In this document: positions 38,676-51,924 of the stretch, one piece after another
Layout: every line of letters begins with the position of its first letter
Position numbering within the stretch: position 1 is the stretch's first letter
NCBI GenBank assembly: GCA_965112155.1
Contig: OZ218102.1
Reading direction: 5' to 3' (one strand)
DNA: 64,000 nt
From: Podarcis liolepis
Taxonomy: Eukaryota
The notes under the pieces: generated by a model
What the model was told of the DNA's origin: nothing
The model's input: only the letters and a program-made list of their open reading frames with translations
Database searches by the model: none
Program-made: the position numbers and the translations under genes

Positions 38676-39793
38676 GAGCAGATCCCACAAACTCAGTGTT
38701 GCCCATCTGTCATTTATCACACATATAGGATTTATCCCCCCCACCACCACCACCAAGATTCTCACAACCACCCCGCGAGATAAGTTAGGATGAGAGAAAG
38801 CAACTGGTCCAACATGAGCCTTATGGGTAAACAGAGATTTGTACCAAACCCTCTGTCCACTTCCCTGTACTGGTTCTTAGTCAAAACGTCTCAACGCCTC
38901 CACATGCAGCTGCTGGGTAACCTTGGGCTAATCACACTTCTTTGAAGTCTCTCAGCCCCACTCACCTCACAGAGTGGGGGAGGAAGGGAAAGGAGAATGT
39001 TAGCCGCTTTGAGACTCCTTCAGGTAGTGATAAAGCGGGATATCAAATCCAAACTCTTCTTCTCTTCATCTCAAGTGTCAAAGCCAAGATGTAAAGAAGT
39101 GTGCCTTCAGCACTTGCAAAAAGCTGTAGAGTGAAGGCGCCAGCTGTTAGGTGCAACTCTGTGGGGAGAGAGTTCCTCAGGTTAGGGGCCATCACAGAGT
39201 AGGCCCTCTCCTGGGCCGCCACTGAGCCTTGGAGGGTGATGGAGTCATCAAGAGGGCCACCTCTGCATCTGAGAGGGTCTGCAGAGAAGGAGGCAGTTTT
39301 GCCCTGTCTGTGGACCACCACTCTGCAGCTTCACAACAGAGAAGCTACTATCCTACTTTACAGATGATGGCCCTCAAGCTGAAGGAGGCTTCTGCTTGAT
39401 GGGCTGCCTGGTCCAAATCGGGCTTAAGGATGAAGAGCCACAAGGGGCCTGGAAGTTGACCATCTACACGCAGCAGCTAGGCAGCAGAATAAGCAAGCAC
39501 AAAGGTCACTTGATCACACAGTCCCCCCCACTATGGTGAGATGTATTGCATTTCTATTAAATTTATCTGAATTGTTTCAAAATTTGCACCTAAATATATC
39601 GTCGACAATATATTTAAAATTATTTTAAATAATATTTAAAATCACAGAATGTCTATGGTTTGATGCTGGCATTTTTATTTTCAATGAAAAAATAATGTAT
39701 TTTTAAAAGGTGGGCTTCCAATATAATAAATTAATAAACACAGTAAATTCATCTCCAATGACACGTTTTCTGGGTCAATAAATGTTAGGTGTT

Positions 39794-39937
39794 NNNNNNN
39801 NNNNNNNNNNNNNNNNNNNNNNNNNNNNNNNNNNNNNNNNNNNNNNNNNNNNNNNNNNNNNNNNNNNNNNNNNNNNNNNNNNNNNNNNNNNNNNNNNNNN
39901 NNNNNNNNNNNNNNNNNNNNNNNNNNNNNNNNNNNNN
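39794..39937. other. assembly gap (144 N)
   Basis: Run of N. Confidence 1.
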
Positions 39938-40384
39938 GAATCCACCAACCCAAAATACAAACAAGGCTGCAAGTGCTCTGGAATTTTTATTATCAGAATC
40001 TAAAGACTTGTGTGTTTTGAGCTGTCTCGTGTCCTCAAGGGCAATTTCTGAAATAAATGTATAATATTTTACTCTCAAACCAATGTAACAACATCATGTA
40101 CAATAATAAGAAAAGAAAATACAATTCCAACCCCCGCTCTCCCGACAATTCATTAGCAGAGCCATGAACTTTAAAAGAACAACACTTCTTTATCTGGAAC
40201 TCTTTTCCGAAGGGAGAGAGCAAGAGAGAAATGTTTTAGAGGAAGAACTCACAAAATATCAAGTACCAGTATCATAAAAAGCAATGAACAAATCAATTTG
40301 TATTTAGTACACAGTCCTTGTGTTTTGTACCACAGATAGGGAAGTTATTGCCCTCCAGATATTGCTGGACTCTAGCTTTCATCA

Positions 40385-40625
40385 AAGAATTGTATAGTTG
40401 GAAGGGACCCCAAGTGTCATCTAGTCCAAACCTCCGCAATTCAGGAATCTCAGCTAAAGCTTTCATGACAGATGGTCTTCCAACTTCTGCTTAAAAACCT
40501 CCCGTGAAGGAGAGTCCACAGCCTCCCAAGGGAGTCTGTTTCACTGTTGAATATCTCTTACCATCAGAAAGTTCTTCCTGATGTTTAGGAATCTTCTTTC
40601 TTGTAACTTGCAGCCATTGGTTCAG
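40385..40625 (-). mobile_element. older CR1 3' end
   Basis: AGAATTGTATAGTTGGAAGGGACCC...AGAAAGTTCTTCCTGATGTTTAGG. A sibling copy lies at 45924-46200. Confidence 0.75.
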
Positions 40626-40627
40626 GC

Positions 40628-40815
40628 CATGGGTAGGCAAACTAAAGCCAGGGGGCCGGATCCGGCCCAATCGCCTTCTAAATCCGGCCCCCGGACAGTC
40701 CAGGAATCAGCGTGTTTTTACATGAGTAGAATGTGCCCTTTTATTTCAAATGCATCTCTGAGTTATTTGTGGGGCATAGGAAATCGTTCATTCCCCCCAA
40801 AAAAAAATATAGTAC
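40628..40815. mobile_element. partial hAT MITE
   Basis: CATGGGTAGGCAAACT end; reverse complement of part of 5171-5393. Confidence 0.7.
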
Positions 40816-40930
40816 TTTTGTCCACTCATTAACGCTTTCAAATGAACTCTGCCTCAGTGTTCCCCATAGAGGACACTGCTTAATAGGATGCATTCACACA
40901 GTGTGGTGTTTTCTCCTCTCCTCAGTTAAT

Positions 40931-41281
40931 AAAGGTAAAGGGACCCCTGACCATTAGGTCCAGTCGTGGCCGACTCTGGGGTTGCGGTGCTCATCTCGCT
41001 TTATTGCCCGAGGGAGCCGGCGTACAGCTTCTGGGTCATGTGGCCAGCATGACTAAGCCGCTTCTGGCGAACCAGAGCAGCGCACAGAAACGCCATTTAC
41101 CTTCCCGCTGGAGTGGTACCTATTTATCTACTTGCACTTTGAGGTGCTTTCAAACTGCTAGGTTGGCAGGAGCAGAGACCGAGCAACAGGAGCTCACCCC
41201 GTCACGGGGATTCGAACCACCGACCTTCTGATCGGCAAGTCCTAGGCTCTGTGGTTTGACCAACAGCACCACTCGCATCCC
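40931..41281 (-). mobile_element. full-length Sauria SINE
   Basis: tRNA-like head with B box GGTTCGAATCC on -, and an ACCTTT tail. Confidence 0.88.
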
Positions 41282-41338
41282 TCAGTTCCTGAAACCTGAG
41301 TTCCAGAAACCTGAGGTCCATTTTGAGCATGTTCACAG

Positions 41339-41348
41339 ACACACACAA

Positions 41349-41410
<62 letters not shown>
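41339..41410 (+). repeat. compound (CA)n(GA)n microsatellite
   Basis: Direct reading of the sequence. Confidence 0.95.
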
Positions 41411-41412
<2 letters not shown>

Positions 41413-43831
41413 TACTAAGGAGGCCTTGCCAATGGAAGTAGGGTGTGTGATGAAGAATGGCACCCACCAAAATATCACCACACACATCCAAAGAACGCCA
41501 CATAATGCATTTTAGTACATCCACAATTGGACAACATGTGCTTTTATGTGATTTTCTTCCTTGTTGCATTATCCATGGATCAGGAAAACCCACATTAAAA
41601 GGGGGGAATGCGAGCTGCCACTTGGATATGGATGTTTCTGAGGATAATGAAGGGGGGGGAGAACACATGGGATGTATTTAAAATTGCGTGGAATCCCATT
41701 AAACAGCCTTGGTTTGGACATAATGCTAAGCCACAGTTTAGCATAATAAGAACGAGTTATTGCACTTGTCCTCCTCCAGCACATCTGCAAGGAGACTTCA
41801 GAAACTTTCACTTCAGTTTTGGATTAACCGCAGCTTGCCACATCGCCTATACCCAGATGAACTGTGTTTAACCTGTTCAAACAGGCCAAAGTCATAGCAC
41901 AGCTTACAAAGCTTGCTTGTTTCAAGTAACCGTAGTTAAGACTAACCACTGTTTATGGTCTGAACAACAGACTAAACTGCAGTTAATCTTCTGCCCCTTC
42001 TTGCAGAGGGAAACACACCAGCCCAAGGCTCACGGAAGGTTATTCTGATAACTCTAAAATGGGATTTGGGTTTGTTTTATTTTATTACGCTGCCTTCATT
42101 TGGTGTGAAGCCTCACCAAGGTTTTCTGTTACATCTAAACACAGCTGGCATTTTAAAAATAGAACCTAGGTGTAAAAGGTGGTTCTCTTTGATTTTTGTC
42201 TAAGATCAAGAAAAATGCTGGAGCCAGGATTTGTTTTTCTTAAAAAGTACAAAAAGCTCAGGGAGAAAACCACCTTGTGTGATCCATTATGGAAAGGAAG
42301 GGTACACACTGAGTTACTGCGTGGAAGTCTGAATTATAAACTAATGCACACATTCTGAGTGCAATTTGCCAGTGGAAAAGAATTAATTAAAGCTCGTGCT
42401 CTATTGCTGAGGGCAGAGAAACGTGTATTTAGGAATGAGATCATGCCTTCACGGTGGTCACGGCTGCTGCCTCTATGTGTGGCATAGCCTCAGAAATCAC
42501 TTTGTAATCCTTTGGCTTGTGTCATGACATATCATCTTAAATTACACGGCTGCCTAATGAAAATACAAACACTCACATTTCGCATCTACACAACTATATA
42601 TAGCCACTGGGAATTGGGTTTGTCTGCATGAGTGCAGTAATTTGGTGTAATTACCTCTGTCCTCAGAAGTGTTGGTTTCTTCATAAGTAAGCCCCGTTCT
42701 TTGCCTAAACAGAGTAGCTGAGGATCAGACCTATTCAGGTTTATCCACCTGCATGATATGTAAGTAATGTTAATTTGGACTGTGTGCCTTCTTCATAATT
42801 AACAATTAACATACAGTATACAGTTCATTCCCCAATTGATTTTGCTGTGACTGCTAGATAGTATATTTAGGCTACAGTTCAATTTACACACACTTACTTG
42901 AGAGTAAGTCCCATTGAACTCAAACAGGGCTTACTTCTGAGTAGACATGGATAAGGTTGCATTACTATTTAGCTATAGCACAATCCTATGCAGAGGTTGC
43001 ATCCAGTTAAGTCCTATGCACAGTGGAGCCATTGAAATTAATGGACCAAAGTTAACCATTCAAAGTACCAAGCTAAATGGCCCAGGAGGGGGTTAACTTA
43101 GCACCAAAATGATAAAAAGTGAACTTTGTCATGGAGTTTGGAGCGCCACCACAGAGAAGACTCCGTCCTCGGTTACCAGTCTCCACCCACCTCTCCTCCA
43201 ATAGTGAGAGATCTGGAGAAGGTCCTCTGCGGAAGATCTTAATTCACATGGGAGAAGGCTGGTTTAGAACGTGGATTTAGGATCGGTCTAGTTTTCAAGC
43301 AAGAATTAGGTGGCAACCTCTACATGCACTTACCTGGGCATATGTCCTGTTGAACTTAAAGGGCCTTCTTCCAAGTAGACACGTGTAGGATTGCCCTGGT
43401 GATGCAGCACTGTGGGGGGTTTATACATAATACTGCCCTATATTATGGATTTAGGCCGATAATGTGTGTGAAGTAACGCTTTAAAAAAAGGCACTGTGTA
43501 AAGTTTTTATTTTAAAGGAATTAGACAAATGGGGGAGGCAATATTTCAGTGATTTAGAGTGGAACCTCCAAGCTAAAGAGCACTATATCTAAGGGTATCA
43601 GAGACTGTGGAAGATCAGCTGCAGATATATGTGTGAGTGATTCAGGGACATTTGACCAGCCATCTAGTTCCCATCAATTCCAGTTTGGCTGGTCAAGAGT
43701 CAAGGGTTAAGGATGGTTTCAGTTGTCCCCAACCCACTGTATTCGATGAGCCTATGACCTTATCCAGGAAGGCTGTTCTAATGATCTAGTGAAGCAACGC
43801 TATGCACTTTTACCCAGGAGTAAGTTCCATT

Positions 43832-43985
43832 GTTTAGTCATTTAGTCATGTCTGACTCTTTGTGACCCCATGGACCAGAGCACGCCAGGCACTCCTGTCT
43901 TCCACTGCCTCCCACAGCTTGGTCAAACTCATGTTCGTAGCTTCGAGAACACTGTCCAACCACGACTAAATGACTAAACAACAAG
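43832..43985. mobile_element. BovB 3' fragment with tails at both ends
   Basis: Minus-strand 3' end joined to a plus-strand CACGACTAAATGACTAAACAACAA, flanked by the direct repeat GTTCCATT. Confidence 0.75.
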
Positions 43986-44274
43986 GTTCCATTAAGCACA
44001 GTGAAACTTCTGAGTAGACACTTACAGGACTGCATTGCATGCCGCCTCTGTGTCCAGTACAACGTGTAACCAAGCATTAGCATTGAACGCAACTAGTTTT
44101 GAGATAAATAACTAGTAAGCCTAATCCTTTCTAATGTAACCCCATGTGTTTCAAAATAGGCTGTATATTATTTCCATTGCCTGTGTGGAATGTCAAGGTT
44201 TGTTGCACAACAATCCATACTCCGGTTTGCATTCTCACCGTTTGCATGTTTTAAAAGATCTTACATTGACTCAG

Positions 44275-44772
44275 GTTGTTGTTGTTTAGTCGTTTAGTTG
44301 TGTCCGACTCTTCGTGACCCCATGGACCAGAGCACGCCAGGCACTTCTGTCTTCCACTGCCTCCCGCAGTTTGGTATGCAATATTTTTCTTTACAGCATT
44401 GGACTTTCCTTTCGCTTCCAGGCATATCCGCAACTGAGAGTCCTTTTGGCTTTGGCCCAGCCGCTTCATCAGCTCTGAATCTACTTGTACTTGTCCTCCG
44501 CTCTTCCTCAGTAGCATGTTGGACGCCTTCCGACCTGAGGGGCTCATCTTCCAGCGTCATAACTTTTATATGCCTGTTGTCTTTGTCCATGGAGTTTTCT
44601 TGGCAGGGACACTGGAGTGGCTTGCCGGTTCCTCCTCCAGGTGGATCACGTTTGGTCATACTCTCCACTATGACCTGTACATCTTGGGTGCCCTGCTCGG
44701 CATAGTTCATAGCTTCGTACCTGAGTTATTCAAGCCCCTTCGCCACGGCAAGGCAGTGATCCATGAAGGGGT
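44275..44772 (-). mobile_element. internally deleted BovB LINE (5' part fused to 3' tail)
   Basis: The ORF N-terminus MTLEDEPLRSEGVQHAT...CCKEKYCI joins directly to the last ~100 nt and the (CAA)n tail. Confidence 0.82.
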
Positions 44773-45923
44773 GATCCCATTTAACTCAAAGGGGTTTCCT
44801 TTCCGAGTGGACATGGTAAAGTTTGCACTGTAAGTCTCAGAATACTTTTGCCAGTGTGTTCAGTGCTGTGCATTTGTTCCCACTGCCTCAATTTCTGCAG
44901 CTCCTGGTATTACTTACCAGCACATGTCCTTGAAAATGTGGGGGCAGGAAAGGGAAAAGCGCAATCCCACCCATCTAATTCAAATGGCAACATAAAATAT
45001 TTGGCTTCAGGCACTGGGGCAATCCAAGAGCAGGAAGAATTATGAAGCACCCGTGTGAAATTTTTCTGGGTTCAGACTTAAGGCTCCAATTAATAATTAT
45101 GAAGAACGTTTTGCTGTGATGTAATTAGGTAAAAGTGCTTCTCGCCTCTCCTAGTTTTCATTTGGTTGTTTTGCACATTCAGACCCCATATTGCTCTAGG
45201 GAGATTCTCTTATAAAGTACGCTTCATACCATCACTGGAATTCCATTATCTTAGTCTTGCAAGGCAAGGAAGGAATCCAAGGATTCCGACGCCAGTACCA
45301 AACTCTCTTAATCTCATTCTGGAGGCACTGATGAGAGAGTGAACCATACAACTCCTTAATTAGCGATCCTTACAAAGTACAGTATGTCTGAATATACTTA
45401 ACTATGGGGAGGGATTGCTCCTTATTTTGCTCATGCTACTATTTCCCATGAGAATGTGTGCTCAAATTGTCTACACTGGAACTGGCTATGTGTGCATGCC
45501 CATAGAATTAGCATCTCACAGCTGACCCCAGGCTGGTGCCTTTGATTATTCCAAGGCTGGGAGTTCCTAGGAGACTTAATCAGCAAATCTTTCTCCTTCT
45601 CCTAGGTAGTCATCAGACAAAATGTCTCTGCATCTGCAACACCTCTTTTATCTGTGGTTTGAAGGCCTCCTTACACATTTCTAGGTGCACACCTAACTTG
45701 AAATGTATACTTAAAGATGCAAAGTGTGAATGTCAATGGACAGAAGGTTTTAGCAGCAGCCCTCTGTTGGCTGTCTGCTCCATGGCAAACCTGCCTTGAG
45801 TACACTTAGACTTAAGTTCCACTAATGTTCAATGGGGTGACTTTCAGATAAGCTGCAGTGACACCATCAGCTCCATAACTCAGCTCCGCCACACCTGCCA
45901 TAGCTGTATATAGATCAGGGTTC

Positions 45924-46200
45924 ATAGAATCATAGAATTGTAGAGTTGGAAGGAACCGCAAGCGTCATCTAGTCCAACCCCCTGCAATGCAGGAATCTCA
46001 ACCTAAAGCACCCATGACAGATGACCATCCAACCTCTGCTTGGAAACCTCCAAGGAAGGAGAGCCTTCCAAGGGAGACCGTTCCACTGTTGAACAGCTCC
46101 ATCAGAAAGTTATTCCAGATGTTTCATCAGAATCTCCTTTCTTGTAACTTGGAAGCCATTGGTATGGGTCCTACATTCCACAGCAGGAGAAAACAAGCTT
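45924..46200 (-). mobile_element. older CR1 3' end
   Basis: CATAGAATCATAGAAT tail and a CR1 3'UTR/ORF2 remnant. Confidence 0.8.
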
Positions 46201-48204
46201 CTTCCCAATGTGACAGCCCTTGAGATACCGGTACATCTCCTCTCATATCTCAGAACCTTTTTCAGCTCAAGGGTTCCCTTCTGGGCTCCCTTCCAAGGAC
46301 CACATAGCAGTGATAAACAGGGCCAGAGGCCAAAGCAGCTAAAGCAATGAATGCTAGTTTCTACAGAACGCTCTTTTCTGAGCACTTTGCACATCCTCTC
46401 TGTATCTTCCATCCAGGCTAGCCAGAGGCATAGTCAGGGTTCAACGACAGATTCCAGCCTTGGGGGAAAACACTTGGGGTGTGAAGCAGGTTTGGGGAGA
46501 TGTGTGGCCTGACGAGAGTTCTGAGGGCCAGATGGCGAGATCTGGAGGGCCACCTGCCTGAGGTTCCCCACCTCTGATGTAACTGATGGCCAGTGTGTTA
46601 CAGATCTCAGGGAAGGACCAGTCAGGTTCAAATCCCCACTCAGACCTGAAGCTCCCTAACTTACCTTGGGCCTAATCTCCCAATCTCACAAACCTTACCA
46701 GGGTTGTTGTGAGCATAAAATGGGGCGGTGAAAACCTTAGAGGAAGGGTGGGATAAAATTGTAATAAATTTTAGCAATAATCGTAAGGATTCAAGCTGCT
46801 TCTTCTTTTTTCTCTTCATTTCCATTTATTTCTCATCAGCATCCTCAGTTTTCTAGATGCCATCTTTCCAAGGTAAGCAATGCCCGAAGCGCTTCTCATA
46901 AACATCAGAGCAAAGCACAACAATGAGATAATCTTAAGGCTTCAAGGTTTGTTTGTTTTGCTGCATGAGCAACACTTTTAACAGTTTTGTTTCAGTTTAT
47001 TTAGTATTATCATAATTTAGCGGGGGGTGGGGGGGAGAGAGATGCCACCTTTCCAAAGTAAACCATGCCCAAATCACCTCTCATAAACATAAAAGCCCAG
47101 TAATAAGATGATTATGCATCACAAAACATATTAGTAACCTTCCAAGTCAATTAATTAACAATTCAATCCAGGTCTATCTGCAAAAAAAAGGGGGGGAATG
47201 TTGAATCAACATTTGAAATAGGCCCACCTTGTTCTGAGAGATTCAACATTATACAATACAGTATATTAATTATATTCTGTTCTTACCCGGAGGCTGCATG
47301 TATCCTCTTATCCAAGGATCCCTGCTTTGCTTCAGCCTCAGAAACTTGAAGATGATTCACCAGACCGACCCTAATGGTTCAAAGTATCTGTTGCTGTTTA
47401 CAAATGGCCATACTTTATGTACAAGTTTTGCTATCTTAAGCATGCAGGAGAACTTTGGCATTTTGGTGCACAACCCCATATTTTCTTACATCCAAATTTC
47501 CTGCCAAAAGAACTGGCAAGCCGGGTGTGTCATGTGACCAATGGTCTTGACTTTATTAGTCAGCTGTGCACAATTGACTCATTCAAGGGTGTTAATTACC
47601 AAGATGTGCGGAATTATGTTAACTCTCGGCTCACTTAAAATTGACAGGACAAGGAACCTCACCTTCCGCTGAAGACTACTAATCAAATGCAAGTGTGTGA
47701 CTCACACACAGAAGCATCTTTGCCAATGGCACCGCCATGTTTAATTAACCCACCATGTTCTGGCATGCACATGCAAAGCACACATGTACACACACAGCGT
47801 ACTGCGGCACAGATGACAGCGTGATTAGCAAGCAGCTGCTGCGGCAAAGCAAAATTAATAACAGTTTCTTTAAAAACCACACACATACACACAGATCTAT
47901 GCACAGTCTGTGGGAAAAACCGGTGACTGAAACATGCCCCAAACAGAATAAACTGCCATGTGCACTGGAATAAATGCAGCGTTGCTTTGAGAGTACTAGA
48001 GTACTTTACAGGCACGAGCCCATGTTCAAATGCTGCATATTTCTTAGCAGCAAATAGTGGAGGCTGGTTGTTCGAAGCGCTACTCAGCTTGCACCGTAGG
48101 CTGACATACTTTCAAGCAAAGGGTAGACAGTGAGGAACCTCTGATCTTCCCAGACTGTCCTTGCACAGACCTATTGATCTTATTTCGCTTTCGGGCTGAT
48201 ACTC

Positions 48205-48735
48205 TCATAAAAAGAGCCTTCTGAAATCAGGCCAGGGGCCCATCCTGTTCTCACAACGGCCAAAGGAGAAGCCTGTGGGAAACCCTCGAGTGCGAGAGCA
48301 CTCTCCTCTCCTGCAGTTTCCAGCAAACAGTATTTACAAGCATGTGGTCTCTTGACAGAAGATAGCCATACTGGCTAGTAGCCATTGAGAAGCCTTATCC
48401 TCCAAGAATTTGTCTAATCCTCTTTTAAAGCCATTCGGGTTAGTAGCCACCACTGCCTCTTGTGGCAGGGAGTTCCATAGTTTAACCAAGCACTGTGTGA
48501 AGAAGTTCTTTCTTTTATCTGAATGTATCTCCCAGCATTCAACTTCGTTAGATGTCTATGAGTTCTAGTGTTATGGGGGGGACTTTTCTCTATCTGCTTT
48601 CTTCATGCCATGTATAATTTTAAAATTTCCGGCCAAGCCACCTTTTATTCACCATTTCTGTAAGTGAAAAAGTCCCAAATGCTGCTGCCGCCTTTCCTCC
48701 TGGGGGACTTGCTCCACCCCTTGATCATTCTGCTT
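48205..48735 (-). mobile_element. old CR1-family fragment
   Basis: CATCCTGTTCTCACA 3'UTR motif and an ORF2 remnant. Similar pieces near 25780-26150, 28805, 53046-53600 and 63700. Confidence 0.6.
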
Positions 48736-49240
48736 GCTCTTTTGCTGCTTCATTTTCTACTTCCTTCTTCATCATCCTCACCTTGAGGGAGGAGACCTCT
48801 CTATGCGTGTAAGAGCAAGCATGTCTCAAACGCCTTAGTTAGATAGAACTTGGATCTTTTTTTTCCCCTATGAAGGATCTGCTTCCTGCAGTAAACAAAA
48901 GGCTTTGTTAGTCTCCTAAACTTGGGAATCTGAGTGAGATTATATGCAAGGTAAAAAGGTGCTCCTTCAACAGGGATCCAGTGTGCTCTGTTCAGGTTTT
49001 CTGAGCACGCCAACTCCAAACGCCAACACTGTGAAATGCTGGTGATTTCATGCCCAGCTTGGAAGCTTTGCAAAGGAAATGCCTAACCGCTGTCAGAAAC
49101 AAAATGGTGGTCATGAGTTAGCCAATATGGCGCTTTTGAAATCAACTCCCATCATCCCTGACTGTTGACCATACTGGCTGGGGCTGATGGGAATTATAGT
49201 CCATGGCCTCTGGAAGGCAGCATGCTGGCTAACTCTTGTA

Positions 49241-49488
49241 CAGTGGTACCTCAGGTTACAGACGCTTCAGGTTACATACGCTTCAGGTTACAGACTCCGC
49301 TAACCCAGAAATAGTACCTCGGGTTAAGAACTTTGTTTCAGGATAAGAACAGAAATCGTGCTCTGGCGGCGCAGCAGCAGCAAGAGGCCCCATTAGCTAA
49401 AGTGGTGCTTCAGGTTAAGAACAGTTTCAGGTTAAGAATGGACCTCCAGAACGAATTACCGGTAAGTACTTAACCTGAGATACCACTG
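49241..49488. mobile_element. Tc1/mariner (Tigger-like) MITE
   Basis: CAGTGGTACCTC TIRs and TA TSD. Confidence 0.9.
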
Positions 49489-49925
49489 TACTGCATAGAC
49501 CTTTGGTCCGATTCACCAGAGTGTTTTTTTCTTTTTTAATGAACTCTTATCACCAGTTCTTATCCACAGACACAATGTTCCACGCCGTGCCTTTAATAAC
49601 AGCTTGATGTGCAGCCATTAGCAAGGAAGAATGTTGATTTCTGTGCAATTAAAAGCATCCCCTGCTTATTTCTGCGGTTCCGGCTGCTGTTAAAAGCACA
49701 AGGATAGACCAGGTGGCAACCCTACCTGTTTTGCTACAAAACCATGCTTCCCGCTCCAGTCTGTTTTCCTGCAGCCTGTACGGAAAGAGTAGGAGATGCC
49801 TTCGGCACAGCTCAAGTAGTGAGGAGCACGTGGTTAGCAAATTTGCCATTGACGCATCGTTGCTATGCTTGTGAAGCGACTCCTGGGCACATCCACTGGA
49901 ATGTGTCGGGAGAAACACCTTAAAG

Positions 49926-50154
49926 CATGAGTAGGCCAGATCTGGGGCCAGATCCGGCCCGCAGATGGTCCGGGAATCAGCGTGTTTTTACATGAGCAGA
50001 ATGTGTCCTTTTATTTAAAATGCATCTCTGGGTTATTTGTGGGGCCTGCCTGGTATTTTTACATGAGTAGAATGTGTACTTTTCTTTAAAATGCATCTCT
50101 GGTTATTTGTGGACAGTGGACCGGCCCCCTGCTGAAAAAGTTTGCTGACCCCTG
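49926..50154. mobile_element. hAT MITE
   Basis: CATGAGTAGGC...TTTGCTGACCCCTG with perfect TSD CCTTAAAG and an internal ~70-bp duplication. Confidence 0.85.
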
Positions 50155-50347
50155 CCTTAAAGGAAGGTGGCTTAAGGACTATTATGTTGTGAAAGTTTAG
50201 GAGGTTTCATGCTGGTCAGTAACATGACTTTTCCATTACAGTTTTGACACAAGCACATTTATTAAATGAACAATGAATTGCTGCCATGGAGTATAACTAC
50301 TGGATGCAATAGATGTGCATCCTGTAGCTCAGTGGCAGAGCACAGGC

Positions 50348-50945
50348 TGTATGGGATGTAACATCAGTGAAGCACTCAAATACAACATTTCCTGTTTGCC
50401 CAGAGTGGACACACAGGGGAATGTTGCTCCAGCCAGGAGGACTTCCTGTCACACCTGGTCTGGAGCATCCTCCCCCTGCATGTGACCAGGTAGATGGGAG
50501 TGACCCTGGCAGACCCTATAAAGGGGCTAGTCACGTAGCCATCTTCCTCTTGACTCTCTTGATCCCTTGTCTCCATTTCGCCTTTTGCTGTGTGCTGGCT
50601 CTCGGCCAGCAGCACATGGGCTCATCCCTCACAGAGGATGAACCCACACTTTTCTCTGTAACTGTAACTACAAGATAAAGTCTGCCTTCAGTAACCTTAT
50701 CATTACTTTTAAAAGAAGACTGTTGTGTCATGATTGTTTTTAAGAGGGAACTAAAGGAGATATACCAAGAACAATTCAATCTGGACAAGCCAGACTGGAT
50801 TGCTTAAATCAAATGATTCTCATGAATCCATCAACTGCTTCCTGCAATGTACAAGGGAATGTGCTCTGCTACTAGCTCACTAGCGTGAGTGAGGAAGGAT
50901 AGTATTTAATCAATATATCCTCTCCTACTGTTGTCAACATTCCCA
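50348..50945 (+). mobile_element. solo-LTR-like insertion within a SINE
   Basis: Internal TATAAAA. Flanked by the direct repeat CACAGGCTGTAT (50341-50352 and 50944-50955). The host SINE head (TAGCTCAGTGGCAGAG) and its B-box/body lie on either side. Confidence 0.65.
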
Positions 50946-51924
50946 CAGGCTGTATATGGGGAATGTCCAAGGTTTGATCTCCAGCATATCCAAATAGGAC
51001 TGAGAAAGACCCCCTCCCAAAACTGTGGAGACCTAAGATCAGTCAGTGCAGATAATGCTGAACTGTAGGAGCCAGTGGTCTGATTCAGTATCTTTTCCTT
51101 TATTCCATTCACAGGAGAGTACATGAGAGTGCTCAGATCAGAAGGCTGAAAGGTATGGAAGCACTATATAGATGTCACCCAGCATGAACACTGTATTTAG
51201 ATATGGACGTTTCAACGAATGTGTTAGCTCAGCCCCACGTTCCACCCTTGCGAAAACACCAGACTGCAAGGATCTTGGAAGCCTCTCTCTGTTTCATTCC
51301 TCTTGCTAATTTTGTTTCTGTGCTTTGGTGGTAGAAAACCACATCAGTGCACGGCACTTGCATGTTCACAGGCAGACAGGAGCGGCTGCTAATGTTTTGC
51401 GGGGGAGGAGGAAGCCTGCTTTCTGATATACAGTTCGGATGACTGTCTCTTGTGAATCATGGCCGGTGTATTGTTTTCCTCCTGAAGTCATTCCCTAGCT
51501 GAAGGTCGTCTCCAAGTGCACGTCTGCCCATACACACAGCCTTGCATGGTGGGTGAGACAGAGGGATCTTGAGGGCTGCACTATGAGGCCTCTACTGCAA
51601 TGCAGGAACGGATGTGGGTCTTATCTCCCTGGTTCCATTTCCAGAGGCTTGCTCTGCTACCAAGCCTTCCAACTGATTAGGTCAAGATGATGAATAAGCC
51701 TGCGAAACATAACATCAAACTCCCCTGAGATGCCTCGCTGTTTCCAGCCAGGACAAAAGCATCTGTGTTTTTAAATAGTGAGACCGATGGTGCAGGAAGT
51801 TTTGAAACATGCTCCTTCCTCTTAGTGGTTCATAGGACATACACACAGAAGCTTTCGCCCTCCGCCCTCCAGAAATAAATTACACAGGTGATTTCCATCC
51901 CAAATGAGAGGCACTTCTAAAATA

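Noticed and set aside
39681-40078. ORFs spanning X runs
   Set aside because: Artefacts of the N gap.
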